A stretch of 61,536 bases of DNA, counting the filler, from Sphacelaria rigidula (taxonomy: Eukaryota), in the NCBI GenBank assembly GCA_964200075.2. It is 2 parts of 2 records of this genome, joined end to end, with 100 filler letters (N's around TTAATTAATTAA, not from the genome) between each part and the next. Parts side by side here need not be neighbours in the genome. Positions count along the whole stretch, not along the records: positions 30,857 to 61,536 come from CAXNAA020000058.1; 1 more part is not named here. One strand, given 5' to 3'. The notes below the pieces were generated by a model, which did no database searches, was not told where the DNA came from, and saw only the letters and a program-made list of their open reading frames with translations. The position numbers and the translations under genes were made by a program. Positions within the stretch are counted from its first letter, which is position 1, and the number at the start of each line of letters is the position of its first letter. Below, piece by piece: positions 37,040-51,217 of the stretch.

Positions 37040-39840
37040 CCTCGCTAGGAGTTGGAGACTTCAATACAGAGTTGTTCTCACACAGTCTTGGTTGCCGGAA
37101 GTGATCGGTACCTCCGCACACAGAGCCACTTGCCGGACATGGTTGGTCAACCTCCAGGGAATTTTCAATGACCAATTTCATGTGAACCTCATATTCGAAC
37201 GACCGCATCGACAGAGAGCATTCTCATACACCTACACGTGTACTGCGCATCAACAAACGGCGCTCCTATGCAACTGCACGTGTACTAGAGGTGATACACT
37301 CTAAAGCACCCACAAAACTTCGCATTACTTGCGGTAAAAAATAAACCTGACAATCAGTAGACACCGACAGTCACGTTCATCCTACCGTCGGATGCCTGTT
37401 GATTGGCATACGACCATGCAACGTCATGCTACATGAAATAATATAGCAGCTGGCACAACTCTGAACATCGGTACTGCTGAAATCGAAAAGTCTCAGTTCA
37501 GTTCAGTTCAGTTCAGTTGAGTCAATTGTTCACTCACTATCAATATCCAGTCATACCTTACTATTCAGGACCGTGGTATCTCATCCGTCCATCGGCCGAG
37601 ATAGATTTCAAACGCTCGATGGACGTGCAGCTTACGTGCACCTTCCTTTCAGACAAAGGCTAACCATCCACAAGCTCCTTCCAGGTAAAAAGGAGACACC
37701 GCTCACGTGCTTGTCCAAACACGTACCATTCCATCAGGAGACGCTCCACGGTCAAAGATCACTGATGCATGCGCGCACGATTTCTTCATCTTCAACCACA
37801 AGAAGCATGGGCCCTACATTTGCTCACATACGAGCCTAGGTATTCCGCATTTTCCACTCATATTGATTTAGTATTTCCCACAGTCAGTACCCGCGAACGC
37901 ACGAAAAACAAATTCCGCCACGTTTCTGGGCGAACAGGAACATCTAGGCTTCACCTCATCCAGCATACAGCAGTGTAAACTACCGCACCCTGGCGCTTCG
38001 CCACAGACCGTGCACGTCAGGAACATACTCTAGCGAAATGTCCACATGTGCATGCCAGCATTTCACCGAGCACATGCATGCGACCCTTGTTGTAGAAAAC
38101 CACCATGCGCCATGCGTGCTAACCAGAGCAGCACAGTACGCCGATCCCACACACCCACATGTACGCCAGCATGCCACCGAGCACACGCAATACGAGCATA
38201 CTTGCTCAACCACCAAACTGCAGCGCTCAGCGGCACGAACATGACTACAAACCGTACCACAACAAGCTGCAATTGACCTCTTTCCCCATCCTCAACAAGC
38301 ATTCAATGACACAAGTACTTATTCCTCGACAGCATCATCTAACCCCACGCTCACAACACCAGCAAGCACCTCTGGTGGTGTCTCCCTTGTAGTCCTCCAA
38401 CCCGCTCCTGAGGAAGAGTAGCACTCGAACCCCAACTTCCTGGACACCATAGAGCAGCGTTTCTCCTCGAGCACCCACTCCTCGCATCAAAAGTACAGCC
38501 ATAGCTCGCACCCCCACGACGCCACCCAGCTCGCCACCCAGCGGTGTGCTCGCACCGCCAGACCAATGCGACAAATGATGTACCCAAACAGATATTTGCG
38601 TAGTACATACAGAATGCCTGTTTTAGAGTCAGTTTCAGAAAAGAAACGAGAGGCGAAGTGGGAAGAGCCACACAGTCCCGCTCAACAACACCTCCGAAGG
38701 CGCTTATTCATCCTCAACAATTCCACGACGCAGCAGCAGAGACAACTCTGGTATCGTCGCCAACAGCATCAAAGCTGTCCATTTAAACAGTATTACATAC
38801 GACTACTCTAACACCACGCAACACTCGACGTCGCCGGCGCAATTGCGATCGCCAATAGCATCTGGAGTCTGAAGCTCGCTTTGCCTTCCGGCTTCATGCG
38901 GGTCGTGCCCCCTGCAGCTTCGAGCATGCAAGGTATGTGCCCAGCTACACGCCAACGCGACATCTATTTCTCCTTCAAGCAGGCACCCCTGCGAATCATC
39001 TGATCGATCTCCCACCGCAGAAGCGGAGCAGATAGATTTGCCATGGGTATGGCAAACCCCAAGCTACCTCTGCTCACTTGCATGACGCAGAGAACACCCC
39101 CTACAGCTCCGAGCCTGCAGGACGTGTTCTCGACTATACGCTGGTTTGGTGGCAAAATGCGACTGCGACCTTAGCCTCTCAGCGGTTGCTCATCGGCTCA
39201 TGTTGGCTCCGCCCTTTCAACAGCAGGCAGCTGCAGGAGGATCAATTATCATCGTTTCAGCTACCATTCTCTGCCTGGCTCACCCCTCGATGGAAGCAGA
39301 AGCAGTTGCATTGTCTCCAGCGCTCTCGTGCCTTTTCCCACTGACGAAGGTATGCTGCGTGACCTGCTCGCCCTTCACCGTACAGGCAGCTATTCCGCAT
39401 CCTTGCTTTACACCCGGCTCGGTGTGTACCTCCGGGGCGACCAACATGCCGAGCAGCACTATCCGTGGTCCTCGCACCGAGTACCACACTCGAAGATGGC
39501 TCCTGTCTTGACCACCTGTGCACATCATCGCTCGCGTGAGACGCATGCTTGAGAAACACGGATATCACTTCCTGGTGCTTGATTAACATCACAAGCATGA
39601 TTAAGAACGTCGCGCATAGGCATCTCTCGGTATGTATAGGCATCAGATATGAAACCGCTAGCACCTCCAGAACGTTCAAGCTTGCCCTACGCGCGATCAA
39701 CTCGTGTATTTCACGCATGTTCACGTCAATATATGCTTTACCATCAGTGCTGCTGTACATGACTCGTGGGCTCCAGTCACACGAAGTTGTTCAGGCCGTC
39801 TGTCGTTAAATTGATAAACAGGGGATACCTCGAGGCAAGA
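37040..39840 (-). mobile_element. Degenerate LTR plus long non-coding internal region of a Gypsy-family element
   Basis: LTR-like 37040-37390. 38000-38300 resembles 45800-45970, and 39050-39800 resembles 48360-49480. Confidence 0.6.
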
Positions 39841-41059
39841 GCGTACGAGTCACATCATTCGGGAGTTGAGAGCGGTGAAAATGGCTTGTCACAAAACAAG
39901 AAGGAAGAGAACGTATTTCCTTACATTCCCTAGATCCCCTCTAAAGTCGGGTCTACCATACCATACCTCAGCATCACCACAGAAACCCAATTATACCCAA
40001 AAGGAACCCCAAATAAAAGCCGGGCGTGCCGATACAGAGCTGTCCGCAGCCATACCCTGCGCAGCGGGAATGGACTGCGACCTCCAACAAGACATGCCGA
40101 TATTGTTTTGATCGTAGTTTCGTAGCTCAGACATGACAATGACGGTAGGTAACTTGATGGTTGCTGCTGTTCCGTTAGTGGTGGGAAAAAATCAAACGCA
40201 CCTTACGGCATCCCTGTAGGGCTCTACTGCGGTTGGTCATCATTCGATATTTTCTATATTTGGCGCTTGCTGTGTGTTTTTGTATGCAGCAAGCGAACAT
40301 CAAAGGGATGGTGTGCGGTATGACAACAGCAGAAATGTGGGCGGACGTCAAATGAGTGGTGTACAGGGGGACACAGTGCTCACGAACCGCGGAATAATGT
40401 CTAACTAAGATTACGTGTGAACGCTCTCGTGCAAGCGGGTCAATTAGACCTACTCTTAAAACAGTAGACTTCATAAAACCCTTCAGCTCTACTTCACCCT
40501 GCGACATTTTTCATTTTCGAAAGCTTGATGAGACAGTGCATTGTTTTCCCATCACCGGTCACCATCAACGAGGGCGAGATTCGACCTTCGACGTAACCTC
40601 TGGGTGCCTGAAAGTTTCCGCGTGATAGGCAATACGCGGAACCCTGATAGTCGATCTGACACTTTAATTCTGAAAGACAGAAATTTGATTATGAAAAACG
40701 GGAACATGCATACACGAATATCCAGGAGACATCACGTTTGTGTGAACGACCCAACCTGTCAGTGTTTGAAAGTTTGCGCGTAATAGGCGGTAGTGCCCGC
40801 TTTCTGTTCCGGTCAACTCCCACGACCTTCTGCTGTGTCTTGCTTTCAGTCTTCATTATTTGCCATCGTGAGCAAGAGTTTAGATCGGAGCCATGCTATG
40901 GTAGAAGTCCATTTTTCTGGCGAAAATGTTTCTCGGGGTGTTGGACGGGTCACTTTGAGAATCGGCATCATTTCATCTTGAAAAATACTGAAAATGATGC
41001 CGATTCACGAAAAGTTCCCTGCGTACATCTTCATGTTCGGTCCCCGGATATTTGGATTG

Positions 41060-41190
41060 CACAGTAACCGATAAATAATAAAGGCAAGCACCGCAGAAGG
41101 AAAGTGGCGTACTAAAAACGATAAAAAAGAACAAGCTCCTGTGTGACCCCGGCTGGTGCGCCCACATATACATACCGGAAGGTGTAGACC
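41060..41190 (+). mobile_element. SINE family A, 3' fragment
   Basis: aaggcaagcaccgcagaagg...cctgtgtgaccccggctggtgcgcccacatat. Confidence 0.7.
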
Positions 41191-42239
41191 GGAGCGATTG
41201 TACAGGTTTACATTGCTTTCTCGTGAGTTACATACATAGTGGGAGTGTGACATCGGTTGTTTCGCGAGGGTTTTGTCGTGTGCTTTTACGTTTCCGTCTT
41301 TACATTCTGCGATTGTTTGCGAGCAGTTGTTTTTAGGAAAAATGTTTTCCCATCAGACTTTTTTCTCGCAGTGGGTTTCAGCCCATGTGGTCCGTCGTAG
41401 CCTCGGTATATGTAGTCGTGTACTTTTTCCTGTCCTGAAGCCGAAGATAAGATAAGATTACCAATACGCATATCATATCTTCGGCTTTTCCCTTCACCCG
41501 CTCCCTTTCATATTTTTTTCTTTTCCACACCAATCATGGAGGACGGGGCCGCCGATAGGCAGTCCCGTTCGATCCATGTATATTTTACAAACAAGTCCTC
41601 GTACTTACTGCACAGCTGACAACAGTGCTTACAGTTGTACTCGCCGTGGGTTGGGTTCTTCCCTCCACACATTTTGTTTGATCTTGATAGCAGCACTGAA
41701 ATGCTTTGTGACACCATGCGTGCATACCTCTCTGGGGCGTCAGAATATTGAAATGTATTGTGTTTCACTAGCATGCATTCACGCCTCTCTGGGACGGAGG
41801 AACTCACCTCAACCAATTTTCAACTCGGATACAAGTCATTTAGGGATGGATGATTGTCTTTCGCTCGAATTTCCTTTTCTTGAGAGCATTTTTGTTCTTG
41901 TCCCGAGATACGAACAACGGACTCTTAACTAGGGGTGGAAGCATTGTTTGGTAAGGAGCGCTTGCTTTGGCTTGTCACGGAGCGCTCTTAGCTCGGGGTA
42001 CCCACTGTGCTTCCACCGCCCCCTTCACCCAATCCACTCTCTCCTAGGGGGACCAGTCTCGTCAACGTGAAGGAAATCAAAATGCACCCTTCTTACGGCC
42101 GAGTACTATGTACCATCTCCCTCATGGATGCGAGACCTTCTTCCCCGCCATGTGATTCAAAATCGCACCCAGTGTGTGAAGCAAGTCACCCTCATCCCCC
42201 CATCCCCCACAGGATGTCTTCCACCCACGCCTTTCAGTG

Positions 42240-44040
42240 GAGTCCCGTCAGTAGCTCCGTCATGATTCCTTGAAAGTACCCCGCGGCGTTGAGCACGCCT
42301 TGTAGTACACGTGTAGGCATGAACAAACCGTCTGGGGATGCAAAGATTAAATCTCCTGGGCATCAGCCGCCAACGGCATCTGCCAGTAATCATGCAGCAT
42401 ACCAAGCTTGCCAAAACAAGCAGCTACCAGCAAAACGACCATCCCTACTCTGTGGTTGTCAATCGCACTTGACGCCTTCTCGATCTGCTTGCTCACCGTG
42501 CAACAATCACTCACCAATCGGAAACCGCCCTTCTTGGGCGTTGCAATAGCCGCGCTTGCCCACACTGCCTGCAAGTTGCGAAGCATGAGCCAGAGCGCCA
42601 CCGCTGTCACCATGCAGCCTGCCAACCTGATATTGACTGCCGCAGCAGCAGCTTTAAACCTGACTTTCAAGGGCTCGACACGAGCAGGCGAGGATCAAGA
42701 CGAAGCGTTCGCCAAAAAGCGTTGGGATGGGCGCCTTACGAGGTCCCAGAGCTGGCTCACGCCTCTCTCCGACATGCCCTTACTCGCGGCTGCCTGTACC
42801 ACGTCCTGCAACACACTCTCACGCTCAACAATATTTTGTTCCGGGGTATCGGACTTCGAGACATCAATCGCACAACCGAAAGATCCGGGTCCACCAGTGT
42901 CCTCCTGATCACCTGCATACTTCATTGAAGCCTCCACCACGATACTGATACGCCGACAGTCCTTGAAATCAGGTGCATCTTCACCACGCACCGAAGTGTT
43001 CAGCGCGCGCGCAAACGCGCCCAAGCTTCTGTGAACGTCGATTCCTAGCACCTGAAGATTGGGGTTCCCCATGATCGTCACATCGTCCGAGCCCGGCATG
43101 ACCACATGTGAACATGGACCCATCATGGGCGGTCCCCCTAGCTGGCGTGCCAAGCGGTTCGCAAAATGCAAGTTATATGCTTGACGCGCTCAACATTGCC
43201 GCCAGTCAATTTTACCAGCTATTCGCCAACAATCGGCGTGACCACTCAGACATCTGAGACCATTGCTTGCAATTTGGCCGCTACACCCTCTGACATAGTC
43301 GTAATTCCAGATCTCGAGTCCAGAATGGAGGTGACTGGACAAACACCTCTTGCCACTCCACTCGGTGCAGAGAAGTCAGCGAGATACGACCTGTCGTTGT
43401 TATCTACGACCAGACGCTTAGACTGGAACCCTGACACCTCATTAGATTCTAACGATCTCCACGCCGGCACTGTCTCAGATTTCCAGCTGGCGACCGTTGC
43501 AGCCGATAGGTTGTGCTGTACACCACCAGTAGAAACGACTGGTTCGGGCGGCAGCATTGCTTCACGGCTAGTAGCACCCCCATGCTCTCGGTCGCCTGAA
43601 ACGCAACCCTCGTGGAGGCGGGACCCTAACCCCCTCCGTGAGGTGTCTGTCCGGGACCCTGTGACTGCTGCTGCTGCTGCTGCTACGCGTCACCGATCTT
43701 TGTTTGCTCACCTACAGTATCCCCTGAAGCGGCAACTTCGCCCAGCTGCTTGCAATCCCTCCGATGGGGGCTCTTTTCTCGATACTCGAAACAGTCCGCA
43801 CAGTTCGGGTCCAGTTTCCCGGATTTTGCCTGGCTGGCAGTCTCATTTCCGGGAGTCGCCGCCCCACCACCCGACGGTTGCTTCTTTCACCCAAACGGAC
43901 CGCAGCCGCTCTTCTGTAAGCTGCGGCTGGTGATGGTGCTGCTGATCAACCGCGTCCATAGTTCCCACGCTTTTGCTGGTCTACGAGCCTTATCGTGAAC
44001 CAACCCAGGGTCTGCTTTACACCCCTCCACCCCTCCCCCA
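42240..44040 (-). pseudogene. Ty3/Gypsy gag-protease-RT remnant
   Basis: Homologous to 54700-56480 (ILDSRSG protease-like segment, IATPKKGGFRLVSD, CFGKLGMLHDYWQMPL); frameshifted. Confidence 0.85.
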
Positions 44041-44079
44041 TGTGCACTATGTTATCGAATTTCCTTATGAACTGGATGA

Positions 44080-44415
44080 GTCTGTCGCTCGGGTGGCTCA
44101 GTTGGTAACCTCGAATTCTTCTGACGGCTGGGTCGTGGGTTCAAATCTCGGAGAAGTTACATGATCTGGGATTTTTCTCACACCATGCCCAACAGGGGAG
44201 AGCAACTATGTCGTGGGTACATGAAATGCGACTCCACGGTGGATTAGGAAAAGGGACTGCTGAACCCCTCTCACGGTGAAAAATGAGGCAAGCATCGCAG
44301 AAGGAAGGTAGAGTACTAAAACAGAATAAAAAATGAACAACGGAAAAACTGCTGTGTTGGCCTTCCTCCTGTGTGACCCCGACTTATGCGCCCTAATATA
44401 CCGAAAAGTGTAGAC
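44080..44415 (+). mobile_element. tRNA-derived SINE, family A
   Basis: gtggctcagttggtaacc...gggttcaaatctcgg head plus the shared body. Confidence 0.8.
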
Positions 44416-44419
44416 TGTT

Positions 44420-44787
44420 GAGTTGTGTTGTGTGTTGTCGTCCCATCTATTCTGGATGCCGGCCTACGCCTTTCGGTATATGTGGGCGCACCAGTGGGGG
44501 TGATACAGGAAAAAGACCAACACAGCAGTTTCTTCTTCTTTGTTTGTTTTTAATAATCCATCTTCCTTCTGCGGTGCTTGCCTTTATTTTCTATCGCGAG
44601 AGGGGTTCAGCAGTCCCTTTCCCTCGTCGACCATTGAGTCGAATTTTTGTGTACCCACCACATGGTCGTTCTCCACTGTTGGACATTGCGTGAGAATAAA
44701 TATCAGATCGCACCGAGATTCGAACCCACGACCGAACCATCAGAAGGTTTCGAGGTTACCAACTGAACCACCGGGGGGGCGACCGGC
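44420..44787 (-). mobile_element. tRNA-derived SINE, family A
   Basis: Close match to 10295-10659. Confidence 0.85.
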
Positions 44788-44849
44788 TCTGGCTTTCAGA
44801 ATGGATCAGATGACAACACAACACACACACACTCTCCGGGGGGATCTCT

Positions 44850-47286
44850 GGACTTTTGTCACTCAAGACTAGACAGCTACGCGGACTCCTCCCGTTCGGG
44901 GCACGTAGACCTCAGCAGCTGTATTTATTCATAATTAACCTCAGCCCTTCATTATACTGGAGAGCAACATCCCAGCTTCTGTCCCACGGAGTGAACTAAC
45001 AGCTCCAGACGATCTGGATGGAATACTCACGGAGTCCACCGATCATACTTGCACATCCACGACCCATCAATCAACCGTAAACGTGCCTGCTGCACATTGT
45101 CCCGACTGCGTTCGAGTATTTAACCTAGGTAACAATGATGGCCAGAGTCTACAGCACCCCCAAAGCTCGCTGACTACCCATAAATAGTAAAAACAGAGCT
45201 TGATAAACTCAGACATGATGCGTGCCTCGCACTACCGTCATTTTCCGCATGGAATGACGATCCCTGCCGCTGCATTTCGTAAGAGCCCCATTCAAGCTTG
45301 TCCAATTTTCAAACAACTCGCAAGAGATCCAAAAATCCATCAGGAACACGCAATCCCGCGGTAGTCTCGATACTTGCACCACCACTACGAGCCACGGAGC
45401 GATAGCTGACACTCCTCTTCTTTCAGACAAATGGACACACCATCCACATGCCCCTTCCAGGCAGGAGCGAAACAGCCCATCAAACGACATGCCACGGTCT
45501 GAGATCACTGATGCATGCGCTCACCATTTCTTCATCTTCAACCGCTTGAAACACTTGCGTTATGGATGCTCACATACAACCCTACGCACTTTGTAGCTTA
45601 CGCTTATTTTCACGCCAACAACAGATATTACCATCTCCTATAGTCAGTACGCGCAAAGGGCAAAATGTAATTCCGCTGCGTTTCTGCGCGAGCAGGAACA
45701 TACGAGCTTCACCTCATCCAGCATCCAGCGGTATATTGAAAACTGCCTTACCGACGCTGTGGCAGTCACGATGTACATTAGTAACACACTGAAACAAAAC
45801 AATCACACGCGCATGCTCGCAGAAACCACCATGAACCATGCGTGCTAATCAGAGCAGCACAACACACAGATCCCAATATCCACGTATACGCCAGCATTTT
45901 ACCCGGCACACGCAAAACATCATACTCGCTCAACCGCCATGCTTCATGCACAAACCATACAATAACAAGCTTGCCAAAATAAGCACCCACTACTGCACTC
46001 TCTGCGGGCGCACTGTCGTGCCTGTCCCCTCGGACGGACACATGCTGCGTGACCTTTTCACCCTTCACAGTGCCGCGCACCACACCCGAAGACAATGCTT
46101 GCGCAACGCAAATAGCAATTGCTCGCGTTCAACATCATGAGCATGGTTCAAGAACGTAGCACACGAACATCCCTTAATAGGTGTGGGTATGAGGTCAGAA
46201 ACCACTGGATCCTCAAGAACGTTCCAGCCTGTCCCACACGCGTTAACTTCGTGTACCTCACACATATATTCGCCACACGCGTTAAGAACTTGGCAGATTT
46301 TTCACTACAGAGCATGCGACTATAGTGTGGAATATGCAGCACCCGTACACGGACAAGAAGACTATCGATGACGACATGTTGCTACGGCGCACGTACAACG
46401 CGACCATCGATGGCGACGTATTGCTGCACCTCGTCACTCTAAACAGTCCAACAAGGTTTGCCGTCACCTTCACGGTTCTCATCAAGCGTCGAGCCACCAC
46501 GACGTGCGTACATTGTGAACAATCAGTAATGCAGCACTCCGACGGTGTTTCTAGGAAACCGGCGTTGCTTCCCAATCGCAGGAACGACAACTCTTCCCCG
46601 TGCGCGAAGACACGCTTTGCCACCGTACAGTGACGACTAACATCGGCCTCTCACCACGTCTCGAAGTCCTTAGACTCCTCCTCTGGACAGCGGTTGGCCA
46701 ATCCTGAACCAGCCTTCCGATAATCCTCCGGACCCATGCACGCAGTGATTGCACCGCATGTTTGGTGCGCTATCGGGGCAAACTAGTTGTTGATCAACTT
46801 GCGCGCGAGTGCCTCAGCCCGCCCTAGCACTACCTCAGAACCTCCTTGGCTCTGCTCCTGCCAGCCCCTCTCGACGTAGACACGCCTTGAGCTGGTTTTG
46901 TTCGCTGCAAGCTGATCGGGCCTGCAGACTCACCCCTGTGGTGACGTTTCGGTCGTTTTCAGCGGACCAAACAAACGTTTATTGTGAAGTTATGTCACTC
47001 AAGGCCAGCCAGCTACGTGTATTCCTCCCTTTCGAGACATGTAGGTTTCAGTAGCTGTTTATTCATGCATTGACCTTAGGTGTTCAATGTAATAGAGAGC
47101 AGCATCCCAGCTTCTCACCCAGGGAGTAACAAACAGCTGCAGACAATCTAGATAAAATACTCACGGAGTCCATCGATCATACCCACAGACCCACGATCCA
47201 TTAACCAGCCGTAAACATCCCCACTAAACATTGTCCCGACTGCATTCGTGTACTTAACCTAGAGAAAAATGGTGGCCAGAGTCCAC
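44850..47286 (-). mobile_element. Non-autonomous LTR element (3' LTR ~44850-45259, truncated 5' LTR 46983-47286)
   Basis: Two homologous LTRs flank ~1.7 kb with no recognisable gag/pol. Confidence 0.65.
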
Positions 47287-47511
47287 ATGTCATACCAGCG
47301 AAGGTGGCCCACGTGATTGTGCGGGTCCTGCTTTCAACGTACGATCAAGTTCGCGCAATTCAACCCCACCAACGGGCAGCGACTACTTGGTACGTGCGAC
47401 ATTTGCCCTCTTCGGACTAGCCGCAGCTATTGAAGTAACGATTCCCGCGTCTGTTCAGCATTTTGTATGTCTCACGATTGCCTTCCTTCATTAGCACGTC
47501 ATCGTTCAGAA

Positions 47512-50110
47512 TGTGAAAGCCTGTCATTCAAAGCCAGCTGGCTACGAGGACTCGTTCCCATGATGGGCTCGTAGACTTTGAGCGGCTGTAGTTAGTCATA
47601 CATTATTCCTAGCTCATTATACCGAAGAGCGGCAACCTAAGGCTCCTCCCATAGAGTGAGAAAACAACTCCAGACAATCGAGATATATCACTCACAGAGT
47701 CCATCGATCACACTCGCAGAACCGCGATCCGTCAACCAGCCGTAAACTTGCCTACTGCAGATCGTCCCGATTGCATTCGTGTACCTGACCTAGGCAAGAA
47801 TGGTGGCCAGAGTCCGCAGCACCACAAAGCTCGCTCACTACCGCCAAGTAGTCAAAAGAGAGCTTTACAAACTCAGACATTATTTTTCCTAGTACAAACG
47901 TCATATTCCACATGGAATGACAATCCCTGCCGCTGTATATGATAACAGCTCCAAACAAGCCTACCGAATTTCCAAGCAACTCGTGAGAGATCCAAAACAT
48001 CCATTATGGACAAGCAATCCTGCGATAATCCGATCACTTCCACCAATCCGAGCTACGAAGCGATAGCTGACGCAAAGTTTCCAAATTATCACCCAAAACA
48101 ACTCTGCTGACTCTGAACCGGCAAAGAAAACCTCGAATGTTAATAAACGTTGAATTCCGAAGCATTCGACAAAATTATCCCCTCTTTTCGGAGGGGAGGT
48201 ACTTCCCAACATGCGGAATGCACTTTCGTACGATGAACATCTGCGCAACGGAGTACAATAGCCAAGCGATATACCACACTAGAACTAGAAGGTAGTATCT
48301 AACACGTCTAAACTCAGCTGGCCTTTTGGTTGTCGAATTGCGTGAAAAAGCTTGCATCAGCATGACGAGCCCCAAGCTACCTCTGCTCGCTCGCATCACG
48401 CAATTAGCACGCCCTGCGACTCCGAGCATGCAAGGCGTGTCCTCGGCTACATGCTGATCCGTCGGCAACAAGCAACAGCGACCTTCACCTCTCAGCTCTT
48501 GTTCATCGGTCCATGTAAGCTCCATCCTTTCAACGTCAGCGGCAGCAGCAGTAGGATGAATTATCATCGCTTCAGCTGCCACCTCCTGCCCGCCTCGCTG
48601 TGGGCGGCAGAAGCAGCAGCTATTATGTCTGCAGCGCTTTCCTGCCTGCCCACCCGGACTGACATGTGCTGCTTGATATTTCGCCCTCTTCATGCAGTAC
48701 CAGCAGCAGCCAAACCAACTCCTACTACTGTACTTTCAGCGACCGCGATCTCTCGCTTGTATCTTCTGACAGACGCATGCTCTGTGACCTTCTCGCTCTT
48801 CACAGTACAGACAGCGAACCAGCGTCGTTGCACCAGACCCGCACGTGCTTCTATTATTGTAGTCTCAGCCGGCCAGCTGTTGTGTTTCTCCCCTCGGACA
48901 GACATATGCTGCGTTGCCTTTTCGTCCTCGTCATTACAGGCAGCTGCCCCGTATCCTTGCTTCAGACGCGGGTCCTGGGATAACCGATATCCCAACTACC
49001 ACCACCTGTAGTCTCAGCACCGTGCGTCACACTCGAAGACGGCTCTTGTCTTGACCTCCTGTGTGCATCAGCGCTCGCGTAAGACGCATGCTTGCGCAAG
49101 GCAAATTGTGATTACTTATGCCACACATGACAAGAATGGTTCACGAACGTCGCACGCAGACATGCATCATCGCTCGCGTAAGGCGCATGCTTCCGCAAGG
49201 CAAATTGTGATTATTCATGCCACACATGACAAGAATGATTCACGGACGTCGCACGCAGACATCTTTTGATATGTGCGGGCATGAGATCTTAAAGTATTAG
49301 AACCTCAAGAATGCCCACGTCTGCCCCACGCGCGATAACCCCGTGTACTTCACGCACATGGTCCTCATACCGCCGTAAGAACTGGGCGGATTTCGCACCA
49401 AAGAGCGGTCGTTGTGTGGCATATCCAGCACCCGCACACAGAGCTACGACCATTGATGACAACGCATTGCTGCACCCCGTCACCTTGGGTTGAGGTTAGC
49501 TGCAGTACGCAAGACCGCCTTCCACCGTGAGAGCAGCTTCCTTCAGCACTTGCATTCACCGGTAAAATACGTGATCGAATAATTGCACCGCCCGAGGACA
49601 TTCTTCCATTGCACAAGTCGCTGAGTAGCAGTCTGAGATACAATCCACCCCACGAAAGATTTTTCAACCTACGAGGTGCACGTACTAGGACACAATCTCG
49701 CCGGTTCGTCGTGGCTTTTGGCTTTTCCACCGCAGCTGCACTCCACAAAATATCTCGCCCAGACACACCGGTGGCTCAACATCTTCCATCGCCCATGGTA
49801 GCTCGTTTGTCGGCACCTGTATCGTAACGCTACCCCCCGTCAAGATTCGACGCATCGGAGAAGATGAGCACCTCGTATCCCTTGCTGAAATGAGACAAAA
49901 CGACAGGATGTGCCGCCACATCTTGCGTATCATGCCAAGCCTGCGAACGCTCAAAGGTCCGTGCCGCATTCTCGACCGTCCTTTTTGAAGCAACCCACTT
50001 GATCCAGCGCACGTTTCCCCCCATGCGCTGCACTAGCAGTACGCGAAGTGGCTTCACCATCTCGGGCAACTGCGACAGAGAAACCCGCAGCCACTTCATG
50101 ACTTGCATGT
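47512..50110 (-). mobile_element. Deleted Gypsy element: 3' LTR 47512-47922, long 3' non-coding region, RT/RNase H fragment at 49800-50110
   Basis: LTR has TG...CA ends (tgtgaaag...ggaatgaca). Peptide KWLRVSL...EVLIFSDASNL matches the 54150-54430 region. Confidence 0.75.
49065..49262. repeat. Tandem duplication, 2 x 99 bp
   Basis: gcatca.cgctcgcgtaag...cgcacgcagacat occurs twice. Confidence 0.9.
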
Positions 50111-50939
50111 ATTGTGCAGTACTGTCGGAAGGTTTATTTCACGGTGTTCATGAATGTGTGGCATGATGAAATTATCGCAACCGCCAATCAGATCGCGGGG
50201 CAGCCCCAGGTTGATTTCATGGCTGCATGGGAGTAATCTCTCGTGATATACTTCACTGATCCCTATTTGTTTATCGGATGCCTCCTTTCATCCCTTTTGC
50301 TGGAACATTGCCGCATCATTCGCGTCGGTTCTCGATATAAGGTACCCCCTCTCGTACTCAAATGAACTAAGCTATAATTTCGTTTTCTGACACACTTAAC
50401 GTGTATGTTCCGCGTCCGATGGTCAACGTGAGCAGGCGAAAGAGCGCGTTTCACCCACACCTGGTGAAGTTGGACCACTTTCGATGGAGATGTGGTCGCT
50501 TAGGCAAGAATGGGATCACTTGCGACAGCCAACCCTGTTTGCAGCATCCGGAGAGGTGTAGATGAAAGTGGGTACGAGCTGAGACAATGCATGCCCTTCT
50601 CGGGGGAGCTGTCGTGGGTAGTGGTACCAACTACAGGCGTATCAAGCACAAGGTGCCGGGTTCGTCATGTGGGGTGGAGTAGTCGGTTGTGTTACAAACG
50701 ATACAGGCGAAGAATTTTCATCCAGGTAGTGCCTGGGCGGTGCTTCTCTTGGTTTGATCGTTGTAGATTGGGCGATTATTTGGATCAACGCCCTCCAAGC
50801 ATCCAAGAAACGTACATCGAGCGTAGGAGGCGTCATAAGTCATTTTGGCGAGTTACGCAGCGATAGCTGACGACCAATCCCCGAATCTCTAGAGTTCTGC
50901 ACTCAAGACCATACAGCTACGTGAAATATCTCGATCATG

Positions 50940-51130
50940 GGCTGTGACGATTTATAGTCAACCGATTAGACTACCGTACAGTCAGCGCTGTAGCGTGGGG
51001 GTTCGATTCCCGTCGGACGCACTTTCTTTGAAGAAAAAGAGGAAACCCTACCTCCGGTAAAAAAGGAGGGCGATGGGGGAGAGTCCAATCCCCGAGTTGA
51101 CTGGTAGGGACCCCAGTGCACACACTTTTT
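50940..51130 (+). mobile_element. SINE-like family C copy
   Basis: gggggttcgattcccgtcggacgcactttctttgaagaaaaagagg...gggaccccagtgcacacact. Confidence 0.7.
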
Positions 51131-51217
51131 CAACGTGAGCCTCCCCCGTTTTACAGAGTGGGGTGCAGCTTCAAAAACCTAATCCAGAAACGACAAGTTT
51201 CCGGAATAAACGTTTAT

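Noticed and set aside
43166..43933. 255-aa plus-strand ORF (also 54972-55565, 42408-42908)
   Set aside because: Antisense frames of Gypsy gag-pol remnants.
48352..49011. 219-aa ORF as an extra retrotransposon gene
   Set aside because: The frame is not preserved in the related copy at 39050-39500 and the composition is not protein-like.
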